Source of the DNA: Octopus sinensis
Taxonomy: Eukaryota
DNA length: 64,000 nucleotides
Direction of reading: 5' to 3'
NCBI RefSeq assembly: GCF_006345805.1
Contig: NC_043012.1
Span: 34,286,001-34,350,000, forward strand
The notes under the pieces are model-generated. The model worked only from the letters and a program-made list of their open reading frames with translations, had not been told where the DNA came from and did not search any database. Positions 37,685-49,774 of this stretch are shown here, piece after piece. The position numbers and the translations under genes were made by a program. Every line of letters starts with the position of its first letter. Position 1 is the first letter of the stretch.

Positions 37685-39560
37685 TTACTTAATACCAGAT
37701 GAAGTCTTAGGGGCAATTTGAAAAGAGAACATTACCCTAGTATTATCACAACCCACTAACTGGAACTAGTAAAAGAGTATAAAGACAGATTTTGAAGGCA
37801 TTTAGTTGGTGCCATACCATTTTTACCATTTCATCTTATCTAACACTTAAATATCTAAGATAAATCACGAGTAGTTGAGAATGGATATTTTACTTACATC
37901 ATCTATGTAACCATAGAAAAAACTTTGTTTAGTTGGGTCACCTCCAATGGTAAGAGGACATTGGGAATTCTGTATATATTCTGAAAGCAATGAAAATACC
38001 CACGTATTAAGACTCAGTTTGGAAAAGCTTATACAGAGAAAATCAATTACAAAATCATTAATTAAGTACCAGTTACGCACTGGGGTCGATGTAATCGACT
38101 TAATCCGTTTGTCTGTTCTTGTGTGTAGCCCCTTGTGTGTAGCCCGTTGTGGGTAGTTTGTCTGTTCTTGTGTGTAGCCCCTTGTGTGTAGCCCCTTGTG
38201 GGTAGTAAAGAAATAGGTATTATGGTTACCACGGCCGACTGGATTACAATAGAGAGAGAGTGAGAGAGAGAGAGCGAGAGAGAGAGAGAGAGCGAGAGAG
38301 AAGAAAGAGAGAGGAGAGAGAGAGTGAGAGTGAGAGAGGGCATGATGTATGGATCCCAGTACTTATCTGGTACTTTATCACTCGGCGAGAAGAGCAGGCA
38401 AAGCTGACCTCAATAGGATTTGAACTAAGAACATAGACAACCAGAAGAAACACTGTAAAGTCTTCAGACCGACATTCTAGTAACTTCACCTTACACAGAC
38501 ACACGCCCGCACGCCCGCACGCACTCACAAACACATTCCACGCGTATGATTGTCAATCCTAGGCTATTGCAAGAAAGACTTGTCCAGCCTGCCATAGTGT
38601 GAGAGATCAAATGTGGTTGCGATGCAAACTTAACCACAGAACCAGAGTCAATCAAGAGGAAAAAAACAAAGCAAAGAACAGTATGTAGGTCGACACTTTC
38701 TGCTCAACAAAACGAAATCTCGAAAACAACGTTAAAAACCAAACACTGACCTGGAAACATGTGTGACTTTAGAACTTCCTGCCCGTCCATATTTATTACA
38801 ACGTTGCCTTTTGTTATTGTAATGTTCACTTGGTGCCAGATTTCAGCTTCCTGTTGTGTTTGGTATGGGAAGAAAAGGAAGACATATGATTCTCTTTTAG
38901 GCGTTTCACATAAAAAACACCACACAGCAAAATAATTCTATACATGAAAGCATGTGTATATACCTAAAATGTATTTAGTTTTGTTGAATAACTTTTAGGT
39001 TAAGTTGACGTGTGAAGCCAGACGTTCGCTATTTCGAAATCCTTTTTAAATTCATCTCTAATTGTTTCAAGAATATTAAGTTACAGCATAGCATTTTTTG
39101 TCATTGTAGAATTGAACTAGCAAAAAAACATGTGAAAGGAGAGCCACTGCTTAGTCACTCGAACTGCTGAAAATGGCACCAAAATCTCCCTCAAGTCATA
39201 CTTTACAGTCTTTATAAAGAGCACATTGGATAATGTAATTTTAGATACACAATGCCTGCAAAATAGAAGGGATGGCAATTGTTGATGCACACCCTAATAT
39301 ACCAAAATACGAAATGGTCATGGGTGGAACGCTTTTAATCACAATTCTTCTCAATCATTGTTGAATTAGGATTAAACAATAACTGTATAGCAATAGGAAG
39401 TTCAATTTGAGAAGGTCAGCAAAGACTATGGACATTGTCCTTGTCTGCTGTCACCGGAATGACACATAAATTTATTTCTATGAGGTTGAACAAACTAGCA
39501 TCGAAGAGATTCCGAAATCGCGATCGTATGGAGGTTGTTAGGCAGTCGTCCTCATTAGCT

Positions 39561-39634
<74 letters not shown>

Positions 39635-42600
39635 GTGTGTGATTAACTTACCAAATTAACCTGGCCTTCTTCGTAGTGTTCGTTTATGGCGAATCCTATT
39701 ACATCAATTTTTGGAAACAGAGTGAGACTTAATGTAGATTCAGAGATGTTGCTTTCGCTGTCATAGCAGGCGTTAGAGAGTATTACCATTTCAGTGGAGT
39801 TTGTTGCTAATTCTATTCGTTTAAAATAAAATTCAATTTTCAGATGATTACTGTATGAGTTTCCAGCGAAGAAAAGAATTCGTAATAATCCTGGGTGGAA
39901 ATAGCCACTAACACTATCCTCTCGTTCGTTCCTGTTGGCTGGGCGTATTTCTACTTTTTGCTCAACACTTATAAAAGCATTTTTTGCGTAGTCACGAATG
40001 ATGCTTTCATCGAATGTAATGTTTAAGGTGAGATCACAGCCTCCTTCTGGAACGTAAGTAAATAAATATCGATTAAAACCAATTTAGAAACAACCCACAA
40101 AAAATATTGTAGAATAGTGAAATCTCAGTGAAACAAATTGCATTGATTTCTAAAGACTTAGAAAAAAAGTTACTTTAATGTTCACATTAACCTGAAGAAG
40201 ACATCAAAAGTCTTGAAGTGTGCTGATTGTCCTTGGGATAACCAGACGTGGAAAGGACGGCCAGTTTTTAGTTTGAATTATTATATATTGGTCGCTGGAT
40301 AAGTAAACCTACACACATCACAGAACGCATAAAAAATGAAGGAAAAAGCAAAAAAGCAACCCGACTGATTGGTGTAAAGTCATTCGCCAACACAGTCAAA
40401 TCTCTAATCCACACCCATGCCGCCTCTCCTCTATATCTTTTCAACCGTCACTACACTGATCTTTCTTTCTCAGAGTTGGCTGCCATCTTCATTCAATATT
40501 TCCCAAATTACTCGTCTTTCTACCCGTCGTCATAGTGTGATGACAGGCACCACACTATCTACTCCACCCGTCCTTCCACTGTTCCGCATCTCCCCTTCAA
40601 TGTTGTTTGTTTGTTCTTTCTCGAGCCATGCTTGGCTCATAAGGGCCGGCTTCCCGGTTTCCTTGGCGTATAGGTTTCTCACTTGGACGGGACGCCGGTC
40701 CGTCGCAGGTGAGCTGCAAGATGCAGGAGAGGAAAGAGTGAGAGAAGGTTGTGGCGAAAGAGTTAGCAGAAGTTCGTCATTACCTTCTGCCGGAGCCGCG
40801 TGGAGCTTAGGTGTTTCGCTCATAAACATACACATCGCCCGGTCTGAGATTCAAACCCGCGAGTCCGCTGCTCTAACCACTAGGCCATGTGCCTCCCCTT
40901 CAATGGCACCACACTTACTACTCCACCCGTCCTTCCACTGTTCTACATCTCCCCTTCAATGGAACCACACTTACTACTATACCCGTCCTTCCTGTCCATG
41001 TTTTACCCCCGCAGCTATCAGTCCTATCCACATTGAGCTCTGTAATCTTGGTGGCCCTGCCAGCATCATGAGCACAAACTCCTTCCTCCAACCAAAATAA
41101 TCAAAATAACGAAGATTTGCGGTAAGGGGATTTATAAACTAAAAGAAACGAAATAACTTACAACCATGAATCGAAACCGCATCGTCTACTCGAGTCGTTA
41201 ATATTTTTCACTACGGTAGTCGCCATCATATTTGCTGTTAACAATGATTTTAGAAAATAGCTTAAGAAGTAGATAAACGAGGGTTTACATGACCATTAAG
41301 CCCGTCTCAAAGATACTATATCAGTTCGAAAAACTACAACTGGTAATTTCAACTGAGTTACAAACTCCCTTTACAATCTGCTTACTTCTACTCTCTGGGA
41401 TCTACCAGAACAGCTACTAATTCTCTGAACGATTCAAATATTTCCTTTCAAGGTATTATTCTTATGTAACTTCAACAGAAATATGGCAATTGTAACATCG
41501 TTTTTCCCTCTGGGTAGAGAGACAATAGGTACTCTAACCTAACTTCATTCAGTGAGGAACAACGAATACAGTGTCGATGTGGAATGACCTTGGGGATAGA
41601 GAATTGGGCTCCCTACTCTAAGGTTCGTGAGTTGAAGTGCAGGCGTTCTGTTGTGTATGCTGCATTCCTTCAGTCTCTGTAATTCTCTGGAGTAGATAGA
41701 ACTTCTCTCCTGTTATTTACGAAACGCTACGGAAAATACAAACCCTAGACCTACGAAGTGTATGAAAGAGTTAACTTTATTAATTCTTATCAACCAATTA
41801 AAGTTATTACCTTCAGTTGGAGAAAAAAACTGGTGTCCGGGTGCCCAATCGCACTGGCAAAGATCTTGGTTCCAGATTAAACCGTAATGACATTTTTGAG
41901 TGACCCATCTCTCAAAAGCAAACACTTGGAATTGGTGAGCATTAGATTCATCCGGAAGATATCCACTGCACTTTTCTTCCGTATCATTCTTATTTGAGTT
42001 TTCGACAACTTTTTTCGATGCTGTCTCAGTCAAATTGTTTACATACATCACTTGATCATTATCATCCAGTGCATCTTGTTGAGGAATTTCAGTTACATTT
42101 CCCACTGCCTCCGTCGTAGATAACACTAAGCTTAAGTTTCCAGATTCTTCTTGAAATAATGAAGTGTCTGTTTCGGTGTTATTTGTTGACACAGAAGTTT
42201 GTTGTGGTGTTTGCAGGGAGTAGTTAAATGTGGTGGTTAAATGTAGGGTGTCTGGCGTATCTGAAATAGAGCAGTTTTAATTTCACGGAAGTACGCATAA
42301 TTTAAAATGGAAGTATTTTCTTGAAACTGTTACAACACTTTAAGACTCAACCGACTTCCATTTCCCTCACACACACACCCATTTGTTCATTCATTTATTC
42401 TGGCAGCCATTCATTCATTCATCCCCACGTAACAGTACGGTGTTTTAAGCAATCAGAGGGAGTCTCTCTGCGGTCGCTCGGGGGTGCTAGAAATAGCAGA
42501 TATATATATTCTTCAAACCACACTCTACTTTCTTACAAATGAAGGACACATTGAATTACGTAACTCTAGATACATTGCCTGCATAAATTCAATATCCAAA

Positions 42601-44133
42601 GACTTTCCATCGACTAATGGTTATGATTGGAATATCTTTCGCTTGGGCAGGATTGACCCAGCATGAAACAACAGCAACAAAATTAGTTCAGATTTAACGA
42701 GGGAGTCTCTATCTAGTTGCTTGGTATGCTAAAAATAGCAGCCAAATATTCCTCGGATCAAACTTTAGGATACATTGAATTACGTGTTCCTGAAAAAAAG
42801 ACGAGGTTGACCTGGGGTAAACAACAATCTGGTGTGATGGTTTCTGAACCACAACTAATTATTTCTAATTTTCTTGTAGTATTTACCTGATGAGAGACAG
42901 TATTTCCCCTACATAAATATCGCTGGTCTCTTGTAACAATGAAAATACTGTCCAGTTCTGCAGTGTTGTAGTGCTGCTAAAATCAGTGTTTTACGATTTT
43001 ACAGCTAAGAGTTCTAGACCATTGAGAGCAGAGTCAGGACAAATTGAGTCTTGGTCAGGACAAAATGTAGCCCTAGTATTAGGATACGAAACATTGCCCT
43101 CCTGACTGGTGTGAATAATTAAACTATTTAGTTTGTTCATCATGTTAGTGTTAGATGTATATGACATGCTAATGAGGAAGCCTTTACATGATCGCTCTAC
43201 TGGGTAGAAATAGCAGCTAAATCACCCTCATATCACACCCTACCGTCTGAAAAATGGAAGGACATTGGATAATAAAGAGCTGGGTACATATAATCTGCAG
43301 AAAATGACAGGATTGGATGGTCAAGGCTTGTATGCTTTTCACTTTAGATCTGCTCAATCAAGACTGACCTGGGGCTAAACAGCGGCTACAGCCTTTTCTC
43401 ATGTAAATGACAGGCAAAATTCCTTCTATGATATTTGATTACGTCCCTTTACGTTCTGAGTTTAAATTCCACTAAGATTAACTTTGCTTTTCCTCTGTCG
43501 AAAGTCTACCCAGGTGGGATTTGAACCCAGGACTTAAGTGGAGATTCTAATTCATGTTAGTTGTTAAGTTATGGGTTTGACGGAAAGTACAGCGTACCTG
43601 ACTTCAGCAATATTTCTCAAAGAATCAGAATTGGGATTCCCCCTTTAGGGTTTCATTTAAACAGATCTGAAATTTCAATCGTATGATTTGAAGTATAATA
43701 TAGATGAGGGGAGGAGGAGGAGGAGGAAGAGGAGGAAGAGGAGGAAGAGGAGGAAGAGGAGGAGGAGGAGGAAGAGGAGGAGGAAGAGGAAGAGGAGGAG
43801 GAGGAAGAGGAGGAGGAGCAGCAAAATACTGTTTCATTTGGTGGCGTTTATTAGAGGGTTTTCATGAGTTTACTAGAGGAAAAAAAAAGAAGCCATTGGA
43901 ATCCAAACACTTAAGAATCACTAATTTAAGGAATTAGGTTCTCCCCGCCCACCACCACATCTCTTCATTCTGTCCATGAAATGTTAATCAAAGTGTTCTC
44001 AATGAAGATTCTAAAACTCACATGTCAGTTGTTTCAGTGACGTCATCGGACTTTCGGTTCCTGGTTTTGGTTGACTGTCGCAGACATGACACAGCAACAG
44101 AGTGAAACACACAGCCAACAGATCCATTGTCAT
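37685..44133 (-). CDS. Paralogous secreted protein: Ser/Thr/Asn-rich acidic stalk, one ChtBD2-like module and a Laminin-G-like domain (Pif/LamG3-like, about 406 aa). Exons 44133-44022, 42260-41811, 40046-39652, 38850-38751, 37980-37898, 37765-37685
   Basis: GT-AG junctions with phases 1,1,0,1,0; total 1221 nt, open. Signal peptide (MT)MDLLAVCFTLLLCHVCDS. Module KCSGY...WVTQKCHYGLIWNQDLCQCDW. LamG-like region GCDLTLNITFD...LKIEFYFK...ILSNACY...WHQVNITI...QCPLTIGG...FYGYIDD-FQLVGC. The 100-nt exon is the same length as in the plus-strand paralog. The last exon boundary is uncertain: a possible donor after DNTR could splice to TVRY* near 37590. Confidence 0.82.
40628..40892 (-). mobile_element. 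tRNA-derived SINE family B, diverged copy
   Basis: Matches 48493-48789 (ggaaaccgggaa, ccacgaggctccggcag, gagcgaaacacctaagc). Confidence 0.75.
43705..43818. repeat. (GAG/GAA)n homopurine tract
   Basis: ggaggaggaagagg repeats, giving poly-G/R and poly-P artefact ORFs. Confidence 0.9.
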
Positions 44134-44222
44134 TGACCTGTAACAACGGCGAGAGTGAAAAATAACAAACTGTGATGCGAATAATCGAACATTCTTGATG
44201 ATGATAATGAGGATAATGATGA

Positions 44223-44257
<35 letters not shown>

Positions 44258-45311
44258 ATGATGATGATGATGTTGATGACAATGAAGAAGATGTGATAAT
44301 GATGATGATTATGGTGTTGTTAGAGCGGTGAATCATTTAACTTAGAGTTGTAGAACCATTAAATATTTTCGTCTTCGTGTTGTTTTTGTTTAGTTCAGGT
44401 AAACAATGATTAAATACGTTCATACATTTACCGTCCTTGACTGATAGAAATATAAATGTTCCTCATCTGATACAGCAGAATAGGAACCTGATATGTTGGG
44501 TCTGTCTTCTCCATTTGAGAGAGATAAAAAAAAGCAAAGCATTTATAAGTAAAAATTTGTTTCTATTTATCTCAGATGAAAAGGCAGACCCAAAGCGTGT
44601 GATTTCTCTACTTAACAAAAGACATCCAAATACGTATTTTTCTTTTCTTCTCACCCTACTATCTCCACAAAACTCACATCTTCTCCTCATGACAATACTG
44701 ATCTCATTTTTTTTTCGTGTAGAGAGAGTACAGTAGTACTTATTTAAAATGAATAGCTTTAAAGGTTAGCCACTCTCCTCCAATCACCATCAGCAAAATA
44801 CTTAGTGGCATTTCGTCAGTCTTTACGTTCTGACTTCAAATTCCGCTGAGGTCGACTTTACCGCTCATCCTTTCGGGGTCAATAAAATAAATACCAGTTA
44901 AACTTTGGGGTTGATGTAATCGACTTATTCCTCCATCCCCCGAAATTACTGGCCTTGTGCCAAAATTTGAAAACAATACCGTCTAAACATTTTAGTAAAC
45001 TGATCTTAATGGACTTATCCCTTTTGTTTATAAATTTTAAACACCCATAAAGGGAACTTTTATCTATTTGCTTAAATAACCTCAATTGATTATTCAATAT
45101 GCTGTATTTTGTGTGACCTCGCCATATTAGTACTTTGCAGTAATTGTATGAAGAATACACCCCGAAGTATTTACTTTCATCCATATTGTTGATACACGAA
45201 TCCAGGGTATAAACATCACATTGACGACACTAAAACAGCAGAGAATGGCCTGATAACAATAACGTTTAATGTTTCACTGTTTCCCGAAGATTTATATCTA
45301 GTAAGAAAAAC

Positions 45312-45743
45312 GGATCTTTTCAGTTTGAACGGCAGTTTTTAACATAATTCGTAGGTAACTAAAAAATTTTAAATTTCGTATACTGGTAGAATGTGTTTAT
45401 AAAACATCTTTTTCTCTTGGCTTTATTGAGAAAATTCTATTGTTTGTAAAATATTTGTTGTTTGTTTTCTTCAATTTCTGCAATTTCAACCAATCAGTGA
45501 CGTCTATTGAGTTAAAAAGCATTCTGTGCCGTATGAATATGTCCCTCGTTTAAGAAACAGATTGGGTTTATTTACATTTGTGAAGAAAAAAAGATACCCT
45601 TCCCCCACCCCTAACCCTAACCCTAACTAACCCTAACCCTAAAAGAGATTGAAATGCAATAGATCGATACTAGGGTCATAATTATGGGTGACAATTTCAT
45701 ATGACACCGCTAGAAAAAACTGCCGTTCAAACCGAAAAGATCC
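45312..45743. mobile_element. Second copy of the telomere-repeat MITE, with 8-bp TSD
   Basis: Same TIRs as 21460-21875. TSD agaaaaac at 45304-45311 and 45744-45751. Internal ccctaaccctaaccctaactaaccctaaccctaa. Confidence 0.9.
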
Positions 45744-46106
45744 AGAAAAACAAAATCACTATGGATTCCGTTTGACCAGACTATCTACAATGTACTATAA
45801 AAACACGTTATACAGACTTGCATGTATTAGCATACACAAAAGGGTACGACTGTCTTATAATTTAAACTAAGTCGAATTTGGGGTGTTGGGAAGTTTATGT
45901 TTTTGTTTACAGTATTAGTGGCATAAATGAAATGTTAGATGAGGCCGTGTCGCAGCTCCAGTTTGCCATTACTAACACATATTGATGGATAATACAATAA
46001 ATGTTTAAAAACAAAATACAAAGTTATATCTTGAGATCGCTAGTGACAACAACTCTCAAAATATATAACAGACTGGAATTGTAGCGCTCAAATGAGCTGT
46101 ATTCAC

Positions 46107-46498
46107 TTATTAATCAGAGGGGCAGCAATGTGAGCAGCAACTAAAGGAACATTATAAAATCCGCAGAAAGATCAAACACATACATATATTCATATATTCA
46201 TTTATATCTACAGAACAGATATAAAGTCCGACGTCTGATTTAACAAATTTTTATCAAATGTTTTATGAGTTTAAGTGTAAATTCAATGGGTTATATACGC
46301 ATCACTGATTCTTATATATTTATATATTTTATATAATGTTTATTTATTTATATATCATTATATTTTTAAACGTCTGACTTTATATCTGTTCTGTAGATAT
46401 AAAATGAATATGTGAATATATGAATATTTTTGATCTTTCTGTGGATTTTGTAATCTTCCTTTAGTTGCTGCTCACATTGCCTCCCCTCGGATTAATAA
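46107..46498. mobile_element. Fold-back/MITE with ~128-bp inverted arms and an AT-rich spacer
   Basis: ttattaatcagaggggcagcaatgtgagcagcaactaaagg... versus ...cctttagttgctgctcacattgcctcccctcggattaataa. Confidence 0.8.
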
Positions 46499-46848
46499 AT
46501 GTTTAAAAACATACATTTTTGTATATTGTAGTGAATATATTCACACAAAGCTCCTCCAATGTTCCCAACACATACATACGATAGCTGTCAGTTCGTGTTC
46601 GAGGTTGACCATCTCTGACCACTTAAAGAATTATTCTTTGATCACTGCCTCTTTAAACTTCCCATGTCTTGTCTTTGGCAACCTCATATCGTATATCGGT
46701 AGGTACGTCTGCATATTGATGTACCGACGCATTAAAATATATTCGAGTAAATTTCAATGTATAACCCTGCGTCTTTTAAAGCCACCAACAGACTTACAAA
46801 CCTGACAAATCTATATATAAGTATTTGGCGCGAAACAACTTCAATACC

Positions 46849-47072
46849 TATTTCTTTACTACCCACAAGGGGCTAAACAGAGAGAGGACAAACAAGGACA
46901 GACAAACGGATTAAGTCGATTACATCGACCCCAGTGCGTAACTTATTTAAACGACCCCGAAAGGATAAAAGGCAAAGTCGACCTCGGCGGAATTTGAACT
47001 CAGAACGTAACGCAGATAAAATACGGCTACGCATTTCGCCCGGCATGCTAACGTTTCTGCCAGCTCGCCGCC
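46849..47072 (-). mobile_element. SINE family A copy with 14-bp TSD
   Basis: Flanked by acaacttcaatacc on both sides. Confidence 0.9.
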
Positions 47073-48492
47073 TTAATTACAACTTCAATACCAACAGCAT
47101 TATATAAAAAAAATATATATGTTAGATGGTCAGTAAAACAATGGTACTTACCGAATGGTACTCGTTTGGCTTAATAGATCACTGGATTAATATTAAACAA
47201 GGATATTCTGATGGCCAAATCTTTTACAAATGTATACTCGGAGTGTGTGTGTTTGCGAGATCCGTTGTGTGAAAGAAGCCAGACTGCAGTGTTATCGTTG
47301 TTTTTGGAGTTCAGTAGAGGCCCCGTTGGCTCTCTAGTCCCCCTTTATTGTGTATGCTGTCAATAAAAATTGTTTATCATAAAACTAAAGACGTGATCTC
47401 AACACCACGACGTTGTTGATTGTCTGACCTGCAACGCGGAGTCTAATTAAATAAAACGTGCCGCTTACGAAATAACTAAGAAGGGAACCTACTACCGGCT
47501 TCAATGTGTACGGAACCCTTTCCAGGTCAAATTTCTTACGAAACAAACTGTTTTTATCAATTTTCAAAATAATCAACAATTTCGAGGGATTTAACAAAAT
47601 ATTTTTTTATTAAGAAAGCAAAAGGAATCCTTAATTCAGCTGGATGTTTAAACATGACAAAAGTTCTTATATAAAAATTATGACTTGACAATGGAACTTC
47701 AATGCGGTCATTCGAAATAGCAGCCAAATCTCCCTCAAATCACAAGTTGCTGTCTTGGATAAAATGGAACAACACATTGGATAAAGGAGAGCCAGATATA
47801 AAAAAGACAGGATGGTCACGACTTGAACGCCTTTGATCTTTGGTTTGCTCGGTTAGCTGACTCGAGGCTAAACTATGATATAAAATTAAGATGACGGGTT
47901 CCAATCTAAATATAGGCATTTTAAAACTCAACAAAACAGAAACTTTATTTTCTAATTTATTCTGTTGTTTTGGGTTAGTGAAGAGGAGGAGCAGGGAGAG
48001 TCTCTATGACTTTGGTAGCGATAGTAGGTGGAGAGAAGGGAGAGGTGTCCATGACCTTGGTAGTAGTAGGAGGAGGAGGTGTCCATGACCGTGTTACTGT
48101 TGTTGTTGTTGTTGTTGCTCACATTCAATATCTGAACATTTACTGGCAAAATACACCGAGGTCGCTTCCCAAGAAGAAACGATTCGTCAGTGAGAAATTC
48201 TTATGGCAATGTGAAAAGACACTTAAAATTTTAGACACATCTTCCTATTCTAAGAAGTATCTGGTTGTGTCACAGATTTCTCGGTCATTATTTATATAAT
48301 ACTAGCAAGAAAGACATATTGGATATGCGAGTCCTTGGGTCTCTTAAAATGACGGGTGATCACGGGTAGGCTCTCTTTAGTTACGGCTACTTGATCAAGG
48401 CTGACCGGAAGTTAGATAGCAACAACAGGCAGACAGATGTGTGTGTATGCGCGCGCATTTATATGTATGTATATATATATATTTTTTTTTCT

Positions 48493-48789
48493 CGCCCTTT
48501 TTAAGCCTAGCCAGGCTCATGGGCCCGGTTTCCCGGTTTCTGTGGCGTATGTGTTCACCCCAGATGGACGGGACGCCAGTCCATCGCAGCGTTACTCAAG
48601 AAACAGGAAGAAAGAGTGAGAGAAAGTCGGAGGGAAAGAGTACAACAGGGGTCGCCACCACCCCTGCCGGAGCCTCGTGGAGCTTTTAGGTGTTTTCGCT
48701 CAATAAACACACACAACGCCCGGTCTGGGAATCGAAACCGCGGTCCTCCGACCGCGAGTCTGCTGCCCTAACCACTGGGCCATTGCGCC
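48493..48789 (-). mobile_element. tRNA-derived SINE family B, full length
   Basis: Head GGCGCAATGGCCCAGTGGTTAG...GGTTTCGATTCCC with A and B boxes. Central gctgcgatggactggcgtcccgtcca resembles conserved SINE central domains (from recall). Confidence 0.85.
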
Positions 48790-48790
48790 T

Positions 48791-48838
<48 letters not shown>

Positions 48839-49031
48839 TAGTCAGTCGCCATGATAGATCGTTAGCCACTACACACATTTTTTCTCTCCTTGTTTTTTTC
48901 TGTGTCCCTTTCTGTAGAAGAGCGTAGGCTCGAAACGTAAAAGAATTTTTCTATTCCTGAGCGTTATACTAATACATCTGTTTGTTTTCTACACCACCTG
49001 TCTTCGTCTTTTGTCTTTTTCGTAAACTCTA

Positions 49032-49096
<65 letters not shown>

Positions 49097-49169
49097 AATA
49101 TTAGGGAATAAATCCAAATTTACAAGGAAAAATGAGTTCATAGTTTAAAACTCGCTAAGAAGGTTTAGA

Positions 49170-49216
49170 AACCACCTGAAGAATGTCTAAGATGACACGA
49201 AACGATCGTAGTGGTT
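49170..49216 (+). ncRNA. Minimal type-I hammerhead ribozyme motif
   Basis: AACCAC-CUGAAGA-A-UGUC[UAAGAU]GACA-C-GAAA-C[GAUC]G-UA-GUGGUU: a 6-bp stem I, intact core, GUA triplet and palindromic loop III. One A-C mismatch sits at the base of stem II. Confidence 0.62.
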
Positions 49217-49319
49217 ATTCATTTGTTAAATTTTAATTTATATAAATTATTTTATGTATTGACTTAAGTCTTTCTTTGTTTGATTTGCATAATAGTGGTT
49301 TTGTCTCTAATTTGTTATA

Positions 49320-49391
<72 letters not shown>

Positions 49392-49402
49392 ATATATATA
49401 TA

Positions 49403-49452
<50 letters not shown>

Positions 49453-49774
49453 CATACACACACGCATGAATGGGCAGGTAGATAGAAAGATAGATAGACA
49501 GTTCGCCAGAAAGAGAACATTGTAAACTGTCAAGTTTACAACGTTATGATTGCTTATAACAGTGACTCATTCCAACCCTATCACAAGCGGAAGAAGCATT
49601 CATTGCATACGAATATACATTGCAATATCAATGACAAAGCATGCTCCACTGATCTTTTCAGTCCACTGTTCGATTCGGCAGTCGGCTATCCTGTCTCTCT
49701 CAGTGAATTCACATAAAACAACAAAAACAAAAGAAACAAAATCAAAGAGAAACAACGGGGCAAGGCATTTTCTT

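Noticed and set aside
40190-40235. CTGAAGA-AGAC...GTCT-TGAAG hammerhead-like string
   Set aside because: The GAAA core and cleavage triplet are missing, and there is no stem I.
40417-41100. 227-aa ORF
   Set aside because: It spans a SINE family B copy and a short local duplication, has no domain motifs, and lies antisense in an intron.
42887-42976. A 90-nt AG/GT-bounded candidate exon in intron 1 of the minus LamG gene
   Set aside because: In the required phase 1 it contains a TAG stop. At most it is a poison exon, and there is no support for it.
45600-45645. (CCCTAA)n as a telomere or chromosome-fusion scar
   Set aside because: Only a few units, internal to a TIR/TSD-bounded MITE that is present twice.
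48700-48789. tRNA-like sequences at SINE heads
   Set aside because: They have A and B boxes but no complete cloverleaf or acceptor stem, and they continue into SINE bodies.
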